Source: an uncultured Planctomycetota bacterium (GTDB lineage Bacteria; Planctomycetota; PLA2; JAEUHO01). From it: a stretch of 64,000 nt of DNA. The DNA lies in assembly GCA_963752285.1 (NCBI GenBank), contig CAVVXN010000004.1:64001-128000 (forward strand). The letters run 5' to 3'. The position numbers were made by a program, and so were the translations under genes. Shown piece after piece: positions 45,801 through 55,487 of this stretch (position 1 is its first letter; each line of letters begins with the position of its first letter). The notes beneath the pieces are model-generated. The model was not told the origin of the DNA and did not search any database. It was given only the letters and a program-made list of their open reading frames with translations.

Positions 45801-46586
45801 GACGTGCGGGTCGCGGTGGAGCGATACGGTCAGACGTCCGGCCTCGAACCCGCGGTTCGCGAGCTTCTCGGCGAGGTCCGGCGCCAGGATCTGCAGGAGG
45901 GGCTTCTCCAGACGGAGCGGGTTCCAGGCGGCTCCGAGGTCCAGGCGGTCGGCGTCGGGGTCGGCCCAGCCGCTGATGCGGACGCGCACGTCGTCGTGGC
46001 CGAGGTCCTTCGGGGTGAAGCTGCCCTCCACGCGCAGCCGTCCGTCCGCGTGGGGTACGACGGCCAGATCGATGTCGGCGAGCCGGATCACGGCGTTCGC
46101 GCGGAGCCGCGTGGAGCCGGGGCGCGCGCGGCAGAGCAGCTCGGCGCCGTCCACGCGGATCTCGGGGATGCGCCCGCCCGACCCCTTGGTGTCGAGGTGG
46201 AAGGGGAAGTCGAGCTCCACGCCGTCCACGGTCTCGTGCATGATCCACCGTGCGCCCCGGATGTCGAGACGCACGGGTACGTACGAGCCCGAAGCGAGCG
46301 ACACGAGGTCGTGCTGGACGGACACGAAGTCCGCGACGAGCGTCGGCTGCTGGGTCGCGGTCGTCCGCACCTCGAGACCGTGAATGGTCACGCCGTGCAC
46401 GAGGTCGATGTCCACGCGCTCGTACGTCACGCCGTCGCCGAAGATCGCCTTGAGGCGCTGGTCGGCGTACCGCGCGAGGAGCGTGCGATCGGGGCGCACG
46501 ACGCGCCCGTAACCCCAGACCCCGAGCCCCACGACTACGGCGAGGACCGCGGCCTGCGTCAGTCGCTGTCGGGTCCCGGGCGTCAC
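42852..46586 (-). CDS. Large AsmA-like / TamB-like beta-taco protein
   Basis: N-terminal TM anchor, ~1240 aa of repeating beta segments (F.Y..FP.P.E...G), AsmA-like C-terminus; GTG overlaps alr stop. Confidence 0.75.
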   Translation of the reverse strand: MTPGTRQRLTQAAVLAVVVGLGVWGYGRVVRPDRTLLARYADQRLKAIFGDGVTYERVDIDLVHGVTIHGLEVRTTATQQPTLVADFVSVQHDLVSLASGSYVPVRLDIRGARWIMHETVDGVELDFPFHLDTKGSGGRIPEIRVDGAELLCRARPGSTRLRANAVIRLADIDLAVVPHADGRLRVEGSFTPKDLGHDDVRVRISGWADPDADRLDLGAAWNPLRLEKPLLQILAPDLAEKLANRGFEAGRLTVSLHRDPHVRKGTLEVDALWEGAVQMSLESVPGGEMIDARTREQLEALFRRAELDVGVSARGIDVRRLVSSIGQGRVKARGFISEDGQEVRLLVEVRGVRFEDPALRQALGPEGRAVFDQFEPTGEISADLRFLKEPGSEPTWEADVTLEDASFRYKGTPSPDGEPVGFPYAMEQATGRIHFAPGEVRFDDIVGFNGSATVRILGDHRRAWTGGETGRILLTDKGADIRLTIQATDVPVDETLARAIEAGELRGFLDRFHVDGTIEEIDVDVISIPGVDERAQTEVRVRFEDEKFQYADFPLPLEGVSGEAQLRRPLQPDGSRGRTLAVRVTGHLEQAPVSIEVHADLAAKHGRIAVHGQGVALDGAVADTVLSAPVTHGGLSTVWRYLAPRGRADVVADLPLADDPAPLRFDVTLHGASIRLDAEHAPHPLAFEDLTGRLRVDGDVATIEKVAGRLGETPVRVDGRIEGGPEGRWDLVVDTDRLRLDEDLLSALPYYEGESTLLPGGLSIEPGGHVAFTLHLVRAPGPDGHLEASVDTHEVDARLRLPGGSVLAVRGRRLAVENRHVTLEDLRGEARGVAIDVRRVTVGDGRLEGGFLLHLDAFEAPEDLLVLAPEAARDVLAKVLQGRALSSQGLRVQAAPDGSVRIEGDLVVMAPKGGPIGTTPRGRLDLAPLLVRPDAETNASVLSGLVRLEGLDLGDEAPVSHLDGEAQIERLVLGDTTEGVVTLRARGMQLLGIGGRDLVVPLRWHAGILRAGPIRGALAEGRLGGEMVAHTIEPRAYEGRLALDDFQVGRVREDLAPTGPPYTGLGTLWVRFENRGGRAEDLLAEGELNVRQGDLGKLPGVANLEALAHQLLAAPNPPRFERAHAVFSLRDRRLTFSHLDLAGPLFDMPGHGTVDLSGTADLEFTPDFLKSLLLPGALQLPGVGRALGALLPERVLYVVRVQGDLETAEPKLVPLPGLGIRREEPAGGIALPDPPARRLPRWFR

Positions 46587-47743
46587 GCGGTCCCGTCCGC
46601 CGCGGCCGGCGCGGGCGCGCCGTTCGCGCCCACGTAGCACCGCTTGACGCGCCGGCCGATCCCGCAGAACACCTCGTAGGGGATCGTGTCCGCCCAACGG
46701 GCGAGCTCGAGGACGCCGATTCGCTCGTCGCCGTCCCGGCCGAGCAGTGTCACGGGGTCGCCCACGGAGGCGCCCGGCACCTTCGTAACGTCCACGCAGA
46801 CGTAGTCCATCGACACCCGTCCCACCACCGGACACCTCTTGCCCCGGACGAGAACGTGCGCCCGGTTGGAGAACGCGAAACGATATCCGTCGTCGTAGCC
46901 CACCGGGAGCGTGGCGATGCGGCTGCGCCGCGGCGCCCGCCAGGTCCCGTGGTATCCGATCGGCGAGCCGCGGCGGTGGTCCTTCAGGAACACGATCTGC
47001 GTCCGCCACGCGAGGACCGGCTCGAGGTCGAGCCCGTCTCGGCCGTGCGGATCGATCCCGTAGAGCGCCATGCCGGGCCGGATCAGGTTGAACAGCCGCG
47101 GGAGGCGCGACAGCACCGCGCCGCTCGCGTATGCATGGCGCCAGCGCGGCGCGAAGCCTTCCTTCTCGAGCGTCTCGAGCACGCGGCAGAACCGTCGGAC
47201 CTGTTTCTCGGCGTCGGCGCCGCCGTCCGGCGTCGCCTGCGCGAGGTGCGTGGCGACGCCCTCGAGGAGGAGGCCCCGCGAGCGCGCGATCTCGCGTGCG
47301 ATGCCGACGGCGCGTTCGGGCCGACAGCCGAGCCGGCCCATCCCGGTGTCCACCTTCAGGTGGAGGCGCACGCCGCCGGCCCCGTTGTGATTCACGACGC
47401 GTCGGAGCGTCCGTACGCGGTCGCCGGCGTGGACCGTGACCGCGATGCGTCCGCGAATCACGTCCTCCATCTCGCCCTCGACGACCGCGCCGAGCACGAG
47501 GATCGGCGTCGTGACGCCGGCGTCGCGGAGCTCCAGCGCCTCGGTCGAGTCGCCGACGCCGAGGTACGCGACGTCGCCCGAGCGCGTGAGGTGCCACGCG
47601 ACGGGGACGGCGCCGTGGCCGTACGCGTCCGCCTTGAGGACGACCATCACGCCGACGTCGGGGCCGGCGTGCCGGCGCACGCGGTCCAGATTGCGCCCCA
47701 GGGCGCCGAGGTCGATCTCCGCCCAGGTCCGAAGATGGAGCAT
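46583..47743 (-). CDS. alr: Alanine racemase
   Basis: VLKADAYGHGA, HLKVDTGMGRLG, PVGYDDG, GRVSMD, TIPYE. Confidence 0.97.
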   Translation of the reverse strand: MLHLRTWAEIDLGALGRNLDRVRRHAGPDVGVMVVLKADAYGHGAVPVAWHLTRSGDVAYLGVGDSTEALELRDAGVTTPILVLGAVVEGEMEDVIRGRIAVTVHAGDRVRTLRRVVNHNGAGGVRLHLKVDTGMGRLGCRPERAVGIAREIARSRGLLLEGVATHLAQATPDGGADAEKQVRRFCRVLETLEKEGFAPRWRHAYASGAVLSRLPRLFNLIRPGMALYGIDPHGRDGLDLEPVLAWRTQIVFLKDHRRGSPIGYHGTWRAPRRSRIATLPVGYDDGYRFAFSNRAHVLVRGKRCPVVGRVSMDYVCVDVTKVPGASVGDPVTLLGRDGDERIGVLELARWADTIPYEVFCGIGRRVKRCYVGANGAPAPAAADGTA

Positions 47744-47774
47744 CACGCAGCCGACGAAGAGGTCCGGGGCATGG

Positions 47775-48521
47775 TCACGCGCCCTCCTCCACGGAGGTTC
47801 GGTCGCCCGGCGCCCCGTCCGAAGCGTGGCGACGGGGCGCGCGCGACGCGTCGCCGCCCTCGCCGGCCCGTTGGCGCTCGGGAGCCGACGCCTGGAGATA
47901 GAGGGGGACCAGCGCGTGGGGCGGGACGACGTCTCCCGCCCGAAGCCGCGCCTCGCCCACGCGGAGGAACGCCCGTGCGTCGGCGACCACCTCGAGCGCC
48001 ACCGATTCGGGCGCGAAGCCGCGGGCCAGGGCCGGCGCGTCCTCCCCGACCACGACGGCGCCCGAGGCGAGGTCGTGCGCCTCGGCGGGGCCCAGTCGGA
48101 GGGGCCCCCGGACGAGCCGGGGCGGGTCTCCCCGCGACCGCGCGTACCGCGCGAGGTAGAGGGTGCCCCGGCCCGCGTCCCGGACCGCGAGGACGTCGCC
48201 CGTGTCCCCGGGAGCCCCCGCCGCGAGCGCTTCGAGGCTCGAGACGCGCGCGAGCGGCGTCCCGAGGGAGAAGGCGATCGTCTTCGCGGCCGTGACTCCG
48301 ACCCGGACCCCCGTGAAGGAGCCGGGGCCGACGTCCGCCACGATGCCGGAGAGGTCGGTCGGGGTGAGCCCGGCCGCGCGGACGAGGTCGCGTACGGCGG
48401 GCAGGAGGCCCCGGCCCCGCGCGGCCCCGGATCCGAGGGGCACGACCCGGAGGTCCGAGCCGTGCGCGGCCACGCCGACCTCGGCGCGGGGACCGCTCGT
48501 CGCGAGCACGAGGATCGACAT
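47775..48521 (-). CDS. tsaB: tRNA t6A biosynthesis protein TsaB
   Basis: GPGSFTGVRVGVTAAK, VSSLEALA, DAGRG, PLY. Confidence 0.93.
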   Translation of the reverse strand: MSILVLATSGPRAEVGVAAHGSDLRVVPLGSGAARGRGLLPAVRDLVRAAGLTPTDLSGIVADVGPGSFTGVRVGVTAAKTIAFSLGTPLARVSSLEALAAGAPGDTGDVLAVRDAGRGTLYLARYARSRGDPPRLVRGPLRLGPAEAHDLASGAVVVGEDAPALARGFAPESVALEVVADARAFLRVGEARLRAGDVVPPHALVPLYLQASAPERQRAGEGGDASRAPRRHASDGAPGDRTSVEEGA

Positions 48522-48628
48522 GGGGCTCCGCGATGGACCGTCGCGCGAAACGTTCGCGCGGGGTCCGAAGGTACGGCCGACCGCCCCCCCGGGGGGCAGA
48601 ATGCCCCGCACTGGACCGTGGAGGGCGG

Positions 48629-50014
48629 ATGCGGCGCTTCGGGACCGACGGGATCCGCGACGTGGCGGGGCAAGGGCGCCTCGCCCCGGGCGAGGTGGCC
48701 CGGGTGGGGCGCGCGCTCGCCCGCTTCGCGGTCCAGCTCGCGTCGCCGGGCGCGCGGGTCCGGGTCGCCGTCGGCCGGGACCCGCGGCCGAGCGGCCGCG
48801 ATCTCTCGGACCGTCTCGGCGCGGCCCTCCTCGCCGGCGGGGTCGAGGTCCTGGACCTCGGGATGGTCCCGACCCCGGTCGTGGCGTGGACCGTCGCGAG
48901 CCGCGGGCTGTCGTTCGGCGTCGCGGTCAGCGCGAGCCACAACCCGCCGGCGTTCAACGGTCTGAAGCCGTTCGCGCCCGGTGGCCGCAAGCTCGACCCC
49001 GACGAGGAGGACCTCCTCGAGACGTGGATCGACGAGGCGGACCCGAGCCCGCTCCCGGTGCGTCCGCTCCCCAAGGACCCCGCGCTCGGCCGGTACGTGG
49101 ACGAGACCACGCGCTGGCTCTCGCACGAGGGCGGGCTCTCGGGGGAGCGCCTCGTCGTGGACCTCGCGGCCGGCGCCGCGAGCGCGACCGCCGTCCAGGT
49201 CCTGTCGCGGCTGGGCGCGGAGGTGATCCCGCTCCACGAGGCCGGGACCCGGCCGATCAACGAGGGCTGCGGGACGGAGCACCCCGAGGCCTGGCTCCGC
49301 GCGGTCCGCGAGGCGGGGGGCGCGATCGGGATGGCGTTCGACGGCGACGCCGACCGCGTGCTCCTCGCGGACCGGGAAGGCGAGGTCCTCGACGGCGACG
49401 ACGCGCTCGCGATCCTCGCCGAGGACGCGCTCCGCGCGGGGCCCGACGGCCTGCCCGCGCGGCGCGTCGTGGGCACGGTCATGACGAATCTCGGCCTGGA
49501 GGAGCGGCTCCGGGAGCTCGGCGCGGCGCTCGACCGGACGGCGGTGGGGGACCGCAACGTCGCCCGCCGGATGCGCGAGACGGGCGCGGCCTTCGGCGGC
49601 GAGCCGTCGGGTCACGTCGTGCTCGCGCGGGACGGAGCGCTGATCGGCGACGGGCTCGTGGCCGGCGTGCGGATCCTCCAGGCCGCACGGCGGCTCGGTC
49701 GTCCGCTCGCCGAGGCGCGACGGAGGACGCCCCGGTACCCGCAGGTCCTCCTGAACGTCCGGGTCGGAGACCGCCGCGCGCTCGAGGACGACCCCGTCCT
49801 CGCCGAGGCGCTCCGGGCGGCCGAGGCGCGCCTCGACGGGAGCGGTCGGCTCGTCGTCCGGTACAGCGGGACGGAGCCGGTGCTCCGCGTGATGGCCGAG
49901 GGCCACGACCGGAGCGTCGTCGAGGAGGTCGCCGGGAGCCTCGCGGCGCTCGCCGCGCGCCAAAACCCCGCCCCGTCCCCGGAGCGCGGGGGGGCGCCTA
50001 CTCCTTCACCTTGA
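48629..50014 (+). CDS. glmM: Phosphoglucosamine mutase
   Basis: FGTDGIR, SASHNP, FDGDADR, GTVMTN, GGEPSGH, RYSGTEP. Confidence 0.93.
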   Translation: MRRFGTDGIRDVAGQGRLAPGEVARVGRALARFAVQLASPGARVRVAVGRDPRPSGRDLSDRLGAALLAGGVEVLDLGMVPTPVVAWTVASRGLSFGVAVSASHNPPAFNGLKPFAPGGRKLDPDEEDLLETWIDEADPSPLPVRPLPKDPALGRYVDETTRWLSHEGGLSGERLVVDLAAGAASATAVQVLSRLGAEVIPLHEAGTRPINEGCGTEHPEAWLRAVREAGGAIGMAFDGDADRVLLADREGEVLDGDDALAILAEDALRAGPDGLPARRVVGTVMTNLGLEERLRELGAALDRTAVGDRNVARRMRETGAAFGGEPSGHVVLARDGALIGDGLVAGVRILQAARRLGRPLAEARRRTPRYPQVLLNVRVGDRRALEDDPVLAEALRAAEARLDGSGRLVVRYSGTEPVLRVMAEGHDRSVVEEVAGSLAALAARQNPAPSPERGGAPTPSP

Positions 50015-51071
50015 GGGTCACGGTGAGGATCGGGGAGCCGAGGGGGCGCACGTGGAGCGGTCGCTCCCGCCACACCATCACGAACTCGACGGGAACGTTC
50101 AGCGGGACCGGCGCGTCCCCGGTGGGGAGCTTCCCGGGCGGGATCCGGACCACGAACCACCAGGACTTGTCCTGCAGCTTCAGCTCGTCGAGGTCCTGCT
50201 TCCAACCCTCGAACCTCTGCTTCCAGCGACCTTCCTCCACTTCGGGGTTCTCGTTGGAGACCGAGACGTCGTAGCCCTCCGCTCCCTCGTAGACGAGGCG
50301 ACCCGTGAGGTCGTCCTGGGCGACCACGTGGAACGTGAGGGTCGCCTGGACCACGGGGAGCTCCACGCGGCGGCGCAGCTCGGCGTACGGGGCCTCGTTG
50401 CGCCACGTTTCGAAGGTGATCCTCACCGTCTGGGGCGGCGGCACGAGATCCGCGGCGCCGCGGGGGAAGAAGCCGTCCACGTTCACGGGATCGGGGCGGA
50501 TCGTGGCCCCGACGATTCCCTTGGGGCACCGGACCGTGGCCGTCAGGGGCGTCACGGCGATCTCGGCCTCGACGCCCTCGGGAAGGCCCCGCGCGGCGCC
50601 CTCGACCTTCAGGATCCCCGGCTCGAGGAAGCTCACCTGTTCCTCGGTCAGTCGGTACTCGTGCGCGTAGCCCGCCTTGAGCTCCCGTTCCAGCCGCTTG
50701 GGGAACGGGAACGCGGCCATCTCGTCCGTGATCGGGAAGTCGTGGTTCGACTCCGTCGGCAGGAGGTCGGGGACCGCGACGACGAGCGTCGGCGGCGCGC
50801 CGAGCGCCTCGCGCGCGGACTCGACCTCGCCTTGCGGACCCGCGAGCTCGAGGGTGGCGGGGCCGTCGGCGTACACCGCGAACGCCTTGGAGCAACGGAG
50901 GTCGAGACGCACCTCGACCTTCACGATGGGGCCCCAGATGCTCCGCCAGACGACCACCCAGGCAAGGACGGCCAAGATCAGCGCCAGGGCGAGCAGGCCG
51001 CCCTCGGACGCGAGCCGGCCGCCGCGACGCGACGGGGACGCGCTCGCGGAGAACGAGGGGCGGGCGCTCAC
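49998..51071 (-). CDS. CdaR/YbbR-like membrane-anchored protein
   Basis: LALALILAVLAWVVV TM then beta-rich domains; GTG overlaps cdaA stop; position matches cdaR. Confidence 0.6.
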   Translation of the reverse strand: MSARPSFSASASPSRRGGRLASEGGLLALALILAVLAWVVVWRSIWGPIVKVEVRLDLRCSKAFAVYADGPATLELAGPQGEVESAREALGAPPTLVVAVPDLLPTESNHDFPITDEMAAFPFPKRLERELKAGYAHEYRLTEEQVSFLEPGILKVEGAARGLPEGVEAEIAVTPLTATVRCPKGIVGATIRPDPVNVDGFFPRGAADLVPPPQTVRITFETWRNEAPYAELRRRVELPVVQATLTFHVVAQDDLTGRLVYEGAEGYDVSVSNENPEVEEGRWKQRFEGWKQDLDELKLQDKSWWFVVRIPPGKLPTGDAPVPLNVPVEFVMVWRERPLHVRPLGSPILTVTLKVKE

Positions 51072-51916
51072 GAGGTCGCCTCCACGGACCCGACGTCCTC
51101 CTCGGGGGGCATGAGGCCCTGCTGCTCCGCGAAGATCACGTTCAGGTACGCCGCGAGCCACTCCGGGTCCTTGTAGGGCTGGAGCTCTCCGCGCTCGGCG
51201 ATCGCGATCTGTCCGGTCTCCTCCGAGACGACGATCACCGTCGCGTCCGACTGCTCGGACAGGCCGATGGCCGCGCGGTGCCGCGTCCCGTACCGGCGTG
51301 CGAGCTGGGGACGCTCCGTCAGCGGGAGCAGACAGCCCGCGGCCGCGACGCGCCCCCGACGGAGGATCACCGCGCCGTCGTGGAGCACCGTCTCGGTGCT
51401 GAAGATCGTGTCGAGCGTCTCCGCGCGGATCTGCGCATCGAGCGGCACGCCCGTGTCGATGTAGGGCGTGAGGTCGATGTTGCGCTCGATCGCGACGAGG
51501 GCGCCGACCTTGCGTTCGGCGAAAGCCGTCACGGCGCGCACGACCTCGTCCACCGCACGGATCTCCACGGCGCGGCGCCCGTTCTTGCCGAGGATGCCGT
51601 GGAACAGCCGGCTGTGGCCGAGACGTGCGAGACCGTGGCGCAGCTCGGGCTGGAAGAGCACGACCAACGACAGGACGAAGACCGGGAACGCGCTGGCCAG
51701 GATGGCGCTCAGCACCTCCAGGTGGAGGGCCGGCAGGATCAGGAAGAACGCGAGCAGCACGACCCACGAGAGCGTCGCGGGACCCTGGAACATGCGTCCC
51801 GCGATCGTGCGACGGAGGAAACGAAGGAACAGGTAGAGGACGACCCAGAGGAGCGCGATCTCCACGAGGTCTCGCATCTCCAGCCGGGGAATGAGCGCGG
51901 CGATCCTCGGGTTCAT
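51068..51916 (-). CDS. cdaA: Diadenylate cyclase CdaA
   Basis: Three TM helices, FQPELR, HDGA and GTRHRAA catalytic motifs, VSEETG. Confidence 0.95.
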   Translation of the reverse strand: MNPRIAALIPRLEMRDLVEIALLWVVLYLFLRFLRRTIAGRMFQGPATLSWVVLLAFFLILPALHLEVLSAILASAFPVFVLSLVVLFQPELRHGLARLGHSRLFHGILGKNGRRAVEIRAVDEVVRAVTAFAERKVGALVAIERNIDLTPYIDTGVPLDAQIRAETLDTIFSTETVLHDGAVILRRGRVAAAGCLLPLTERPQLARRYGTRHRAAIGLSEQSDATVIVVSEETGQIAIAERGELQPYKDPEWLAAYLNVIFAEQQGLMPPEEDVGSVEATS

Positions 51917-51988
51917 CCGCGGACATCCTACCGGCGGGGTCCGCCGCCGCATCGCACCGTGCGCGGCCTCGGCCCGCTCTCCCGACGG

Positions 51989-52810
51989 TCACGCGCGCGA
52001 CGTTCGCGTGGCGCCGCGTATCCTCCCGAGGACGTCCAGGAGGTCCCGCGTCGGCCCGACGTCGTGGACGCGGACCGCGCCGACGCCCGCCTCGAACGCC
52101 CGGGCGACGCAGGCGAGGCTCCCGCCCAGCCGGCCCCCGGGCCCGCGCCCGGTGATCCTCCCGAGGAACGACTTCCGGGACGCGCCGAGCATCACGGGTA
52201 CGCCGTCTTGGACCAACGTCTCGAGCCGCTGGAGGATCTGCAGGTTGTGCTCGGCGGTCTTCCCGAAGCCGAGGCCCGGGTCCACCAGGATCCGGTCGGA
52301 CGCGATGCCCGACGCGCGGGCCGCCTCGACCCGGCTCGCGAGCCACGCCCGGACCTCCGCGACGACGTCGTCGTAGTGCGGGTCGGCCTGCATCGTCCGG
52401 GGGCGCCCGCGCATGTGCATGAGCACGATCCCGGCGCCGCGCTCCGCGACGAGCGGCAGCATCGCGTCGTCGTCCCGCCCGGCGCTGACGTCGTTCACGT
52501 ACGACGCGCCGAGGTCCAGGGCCCGGGCCGCGAGCCCCGCGCGGCGCGTGTCCACGCTCACGGGAAGGCCGGGGTGCCGGCGTCGGATCGCCTCGACCAC
52601 GGGGAGGACGCGGCGCGCCTCCTCCTCGGGCGGGACCTCCTCGGCGCCGGGCCGCGTGCTCTCGCCCCCGACGTCGAGGACGTCCGCCCCCTCCTCGACG
52701 AGGCGCGTGGCGTGGGCGAGGGCCGCGTCGAGGTCGTGGAAGCGGCCGCCGTCGCTGAACGAGTCGGGCGTGACGTTCAGGATGCCCCAGACGGCGGGCG
52801 CGCGGTCCAT
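51989..52810 (-). CDS. folP: Dihydropteroate synthase
   Basis: GILNVTPDSFSDGG, GGESTRPG, DPGLGFGK, SRKSF, RVHDV. Confidence 0.97.
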   Translation of the reverse strand: MDRAPAVWGILNVTPDSFSDGGRFHDLDAALAHATRLVEEGADVLDVGGESTRPGAEEVPPEEEARRVLPVVEAIRRRHPGLPVSVDTRRAGLAARALDLGASYVNDVSAGRDDDAMLPLVAERGAGIVLMHMRGRPRTMQADPHYDDVVAEVRAWLASRVEAARASGIASDRILVDPGLGFGKTAEHNLQILQRLETLVQDGVPVMLGASRKSFLGRITGRGPGGRLGGSLACVARAFEAGVGAVRVHDVGPTRDLLDVLGRIRGATRTSRA

Positions 52811-52820
52811 CAGGGCGCGG

Positions 52821-54859
52821 TCAGTACGCGAAGCCCTCGAGCGGCTTCTTCCCCTCGTGACCGGGGCCCTCGTCGGGCGAGAGGGAGGCGCCCTTCGGAG
52901 GCGTCACCTCGATCGCGCGGCCGCGGGGGGACTCGCCGTCCGAGGACGACCGGAGGTGGTGGATGTCCTCGCCGCGGAGGATCGCGCCGACCTCCTCGCC
53001 GGAGAGCGTCTCGAATTTGAGGAGCGCGTCCGCGATCTTCTCGAGATCGTCGCGGCGCTCCTTCAGGAGCTGTCGGGTGCTCGCCAGGGCCTCCGAGATC
53101 AGACGCTTGATCTCGCTGTCGATGACGACCGCTGTGGCCTCGCTGTGATCGACGCGCCGCGCGACCTCTCGGCCGAGGAAGAGGTGCTCCTCGCCCTCCA
53201 CGAGCGAGATCGGTCCGACCTCCTCGCTCATGCCCCAGCGCGTGACCATGAGCCGGGCGACCTCGGTCGCCTGCTCGATGTCGTTCTGCGCGCCGCTGGA
53301 GATGTCGTCGCAGGCCAGCTCCTCGGCGACCCGTCCGCCGAAGCAGACACGGAGCCGCGAGAGGAGCTCGTTTCGCGTGGCGCCGTAGCGGTCCCGCTCG
53401 GGCAGCGACATGGTCGCGCCGAGGGCCATGCCCCGCGGGATGATCGTGACCTTGTGCAGCGGGTCGGCGTGCGGGGAGAGGACCGTCACGATGGCGTGGC
53501 CCGCCTCGTGGTACGCCGTCCGGCGGCGTTCCTGGTCGGTCATGTACATGCTGCGGCGGGAGCGTCCGAACCGGATCTTGTCGCGGGCCTCCTCGAGGTC
53601 CTGGGGCTCCACGCGCTCCCGGTCGGCGGTGACCGCCATCAGCGCGGCCTCGTTGACGAGCGCCTCGAGGTCGGCGCCGCTGAACCCCGGGGTCGCGCGC
53701 GCGACGCGCTCGAGGTCCACCCGCGGCGAGAGCTTCACCTTGCGGCCGTGGATGCGGAGGATCTGCTCGCGGCCCTTGAGGTCCGGCAGGTTGATCACGA
53801 TCTGACGGTCGAATCGGCCGGGCCGGAGGAGGGCGGGGTCGAGGACGTCCGGGCGGTTCGTGGCCGCCAGGAGGATGATCCCCTGGTCGGTGTCGAAGCC
53901 GTCCATCTCGACCAGGATCTGGTTGAGCGTCTGCTCGCGCTCGTCGTGCCCGCCCCCGAGTCCGGTGCCGCGACGGCGGCCCACGGCGTCGATCTCGTCG
54001 AGAAAGACGATGCACGGAGCGTTCTCGCGCGCCTGCTTGAACAGGTCGCGGACGCGGCTGGCGCCGACCCCGACGAACATCTCGACGAAGTCCGATCCGG
54101 AGACGGAGAAGAACGGGACGCCCGCCTCGCCGGCGATCGCCTTCGCGAGGAGCGTCTTGCCGCACCCGGGGGGACCCACCAGGAGCACGCCGCGCGGGAT
54201 GCGAGCGCCGATCCGTCGGAACCGCTGCGGCGAACGTAGGAACGCCACGATCTCGCCGACCTCGTCCTTGGCCTCCTCGATGCCGGCGACGTCCTCGAAC
54301 GTCACCTGTGTGCGCTCCTTGAAGTGCAGCCGCGCGCGGGAGCGGCCGAACTGCATCACGCCGGAGCCGCCGACGGCCCGCATCTGGCGCAAGATCAGCA
54401 GCCAGACGAGGACGAAGAGGATCAGCCACGGCAGGAACGAGACCATCTGCTTCCAGAACCCGCCGCTGCTCTCCTTCATCTCGAGCCGCCCGCCCGTCTT
54501 CGCGAGCTCCTGCTGCCACACGACCTGCATGTCGGCCGTGAGCGGGTTGTTGGGCGCCCCGATGGGGCCGGTGTACGGGACCTCGAACTTGAGGTTGGTG
54601 TAGCCGTGGTCGGCCTTCGGGTCGTACGCCCCCTCGATGTGGTTCCCGTCGTAGATCGTGACGTCCTTGACGTACCCCTTCTGGATGTCGCTGCCGAGCT
54701 CCTCGAGGGTCGTCTCGCGGCGGTTCTCCCGCTGCTGGGTCACGAGCAGGATCACGATCGTGATCAGCCCGAGCATGAGCAGGAGGAGAGGCGCGTTCCG
54801 GCGCGAGGCGGGGGGACGCGGGCCGCTGGAGGGCGGCGTGGGGGGGGGCGTTCGTCCAT
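52821..54859 (-). CDS. ftsH: ATP-dependent zinc metalloprotease FtsH (5' frameshift in G-run 54840-54848)
   Basis: Two TMs, [34 protein letters not shown] 54859 is one base out of frame across a homopolymer. Confidence 0.95.
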
Positions 54860-54974
54860 CGGGAGCGAGTCTACCGGGGGGGGTCGGGGCGCCTCCGACC
54901 GGGACCGCCCCCGGGACCCGCCGTCGCCCCGGGACGGGACCCGGGGTCGTGGACCCCAGCCCCGTGCGGCCACA

Positions 54975-55487
54975 TCAGAGGTCCGCCTCGAGCCCCTGGA
55001 CGACCCGCACGGCCACGCGACGGGTCCACTCGTCGTACCCGAAGCCCTCGAGGGTCTCCCCGAATCGATCCGGCACGTAGTCCGTCGTGTCGTCGGCCCG
55101 GTACGTCTTCAGCACGCGGCCGGACCGGCGATCGCGGACGCGGACGCGGACCCCGCCTTGCACGCGCTTCTCGACCGCGCGCCGCTCGGCGTTCTCGAGG
55201 GTGACGGCCTCGGACACGTCCATCGTCCCGTCGAGGAGCAGGTCGGCGGTCTCGGGCGACGCGAAGCCATACGAGGTGCGCGCGCGGATCTCGCGCACCA
55301 CCGCCTGCATGAGCCTCAGGTCCACGTCGCGGCGGTATCCCGGATACGTGAACGGCAGGACCGCGACCGTGCGCGCGCTCGGGAACTGGTCGAGCGGCCG
55401 GGTCGTGTACCCGCACGCCCCGAGGGCGAGGAGCGCGAGCGCCGCCGCCCCTCCGAGACGGACCGCCGGGAGACCCGCACGCGTCAC
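54975..55487 (-). CDS. lptE: LPS assembly lipoprotein LptE-like
   Basis: Lipobox LGAC-GY, TVAV.PF, L.L..AV.REI..RT, AD..L.G; follows bamD. Confidence 0.75.
   Translation of the reverse strand: MTRAGLPAVRLGGAAALALLALGACGYTTRPLDQFPSARTVAVLPFTYPGYRRDVDLRLMQAVVREIRARTSYGFASPETADLLLDGTMDVSEAVTLENAERRAVEKRVQGGVRVRVRDRRSGRVLKTYRADDTTDYVPDRFGETLEGFGYDEWTRRVAVRVVQGLEADL

Noticed and set aside
42276..46637. 1453-aa plus-strand ORF and other long Arg/Gly/Pro-rich ORFs (e.g. 10533..13283, 39641..41938, 24072..27119)
   Set aside because: Antisense or off-frame shadows of real genes, expected in very GC-rich DNA; no motifs
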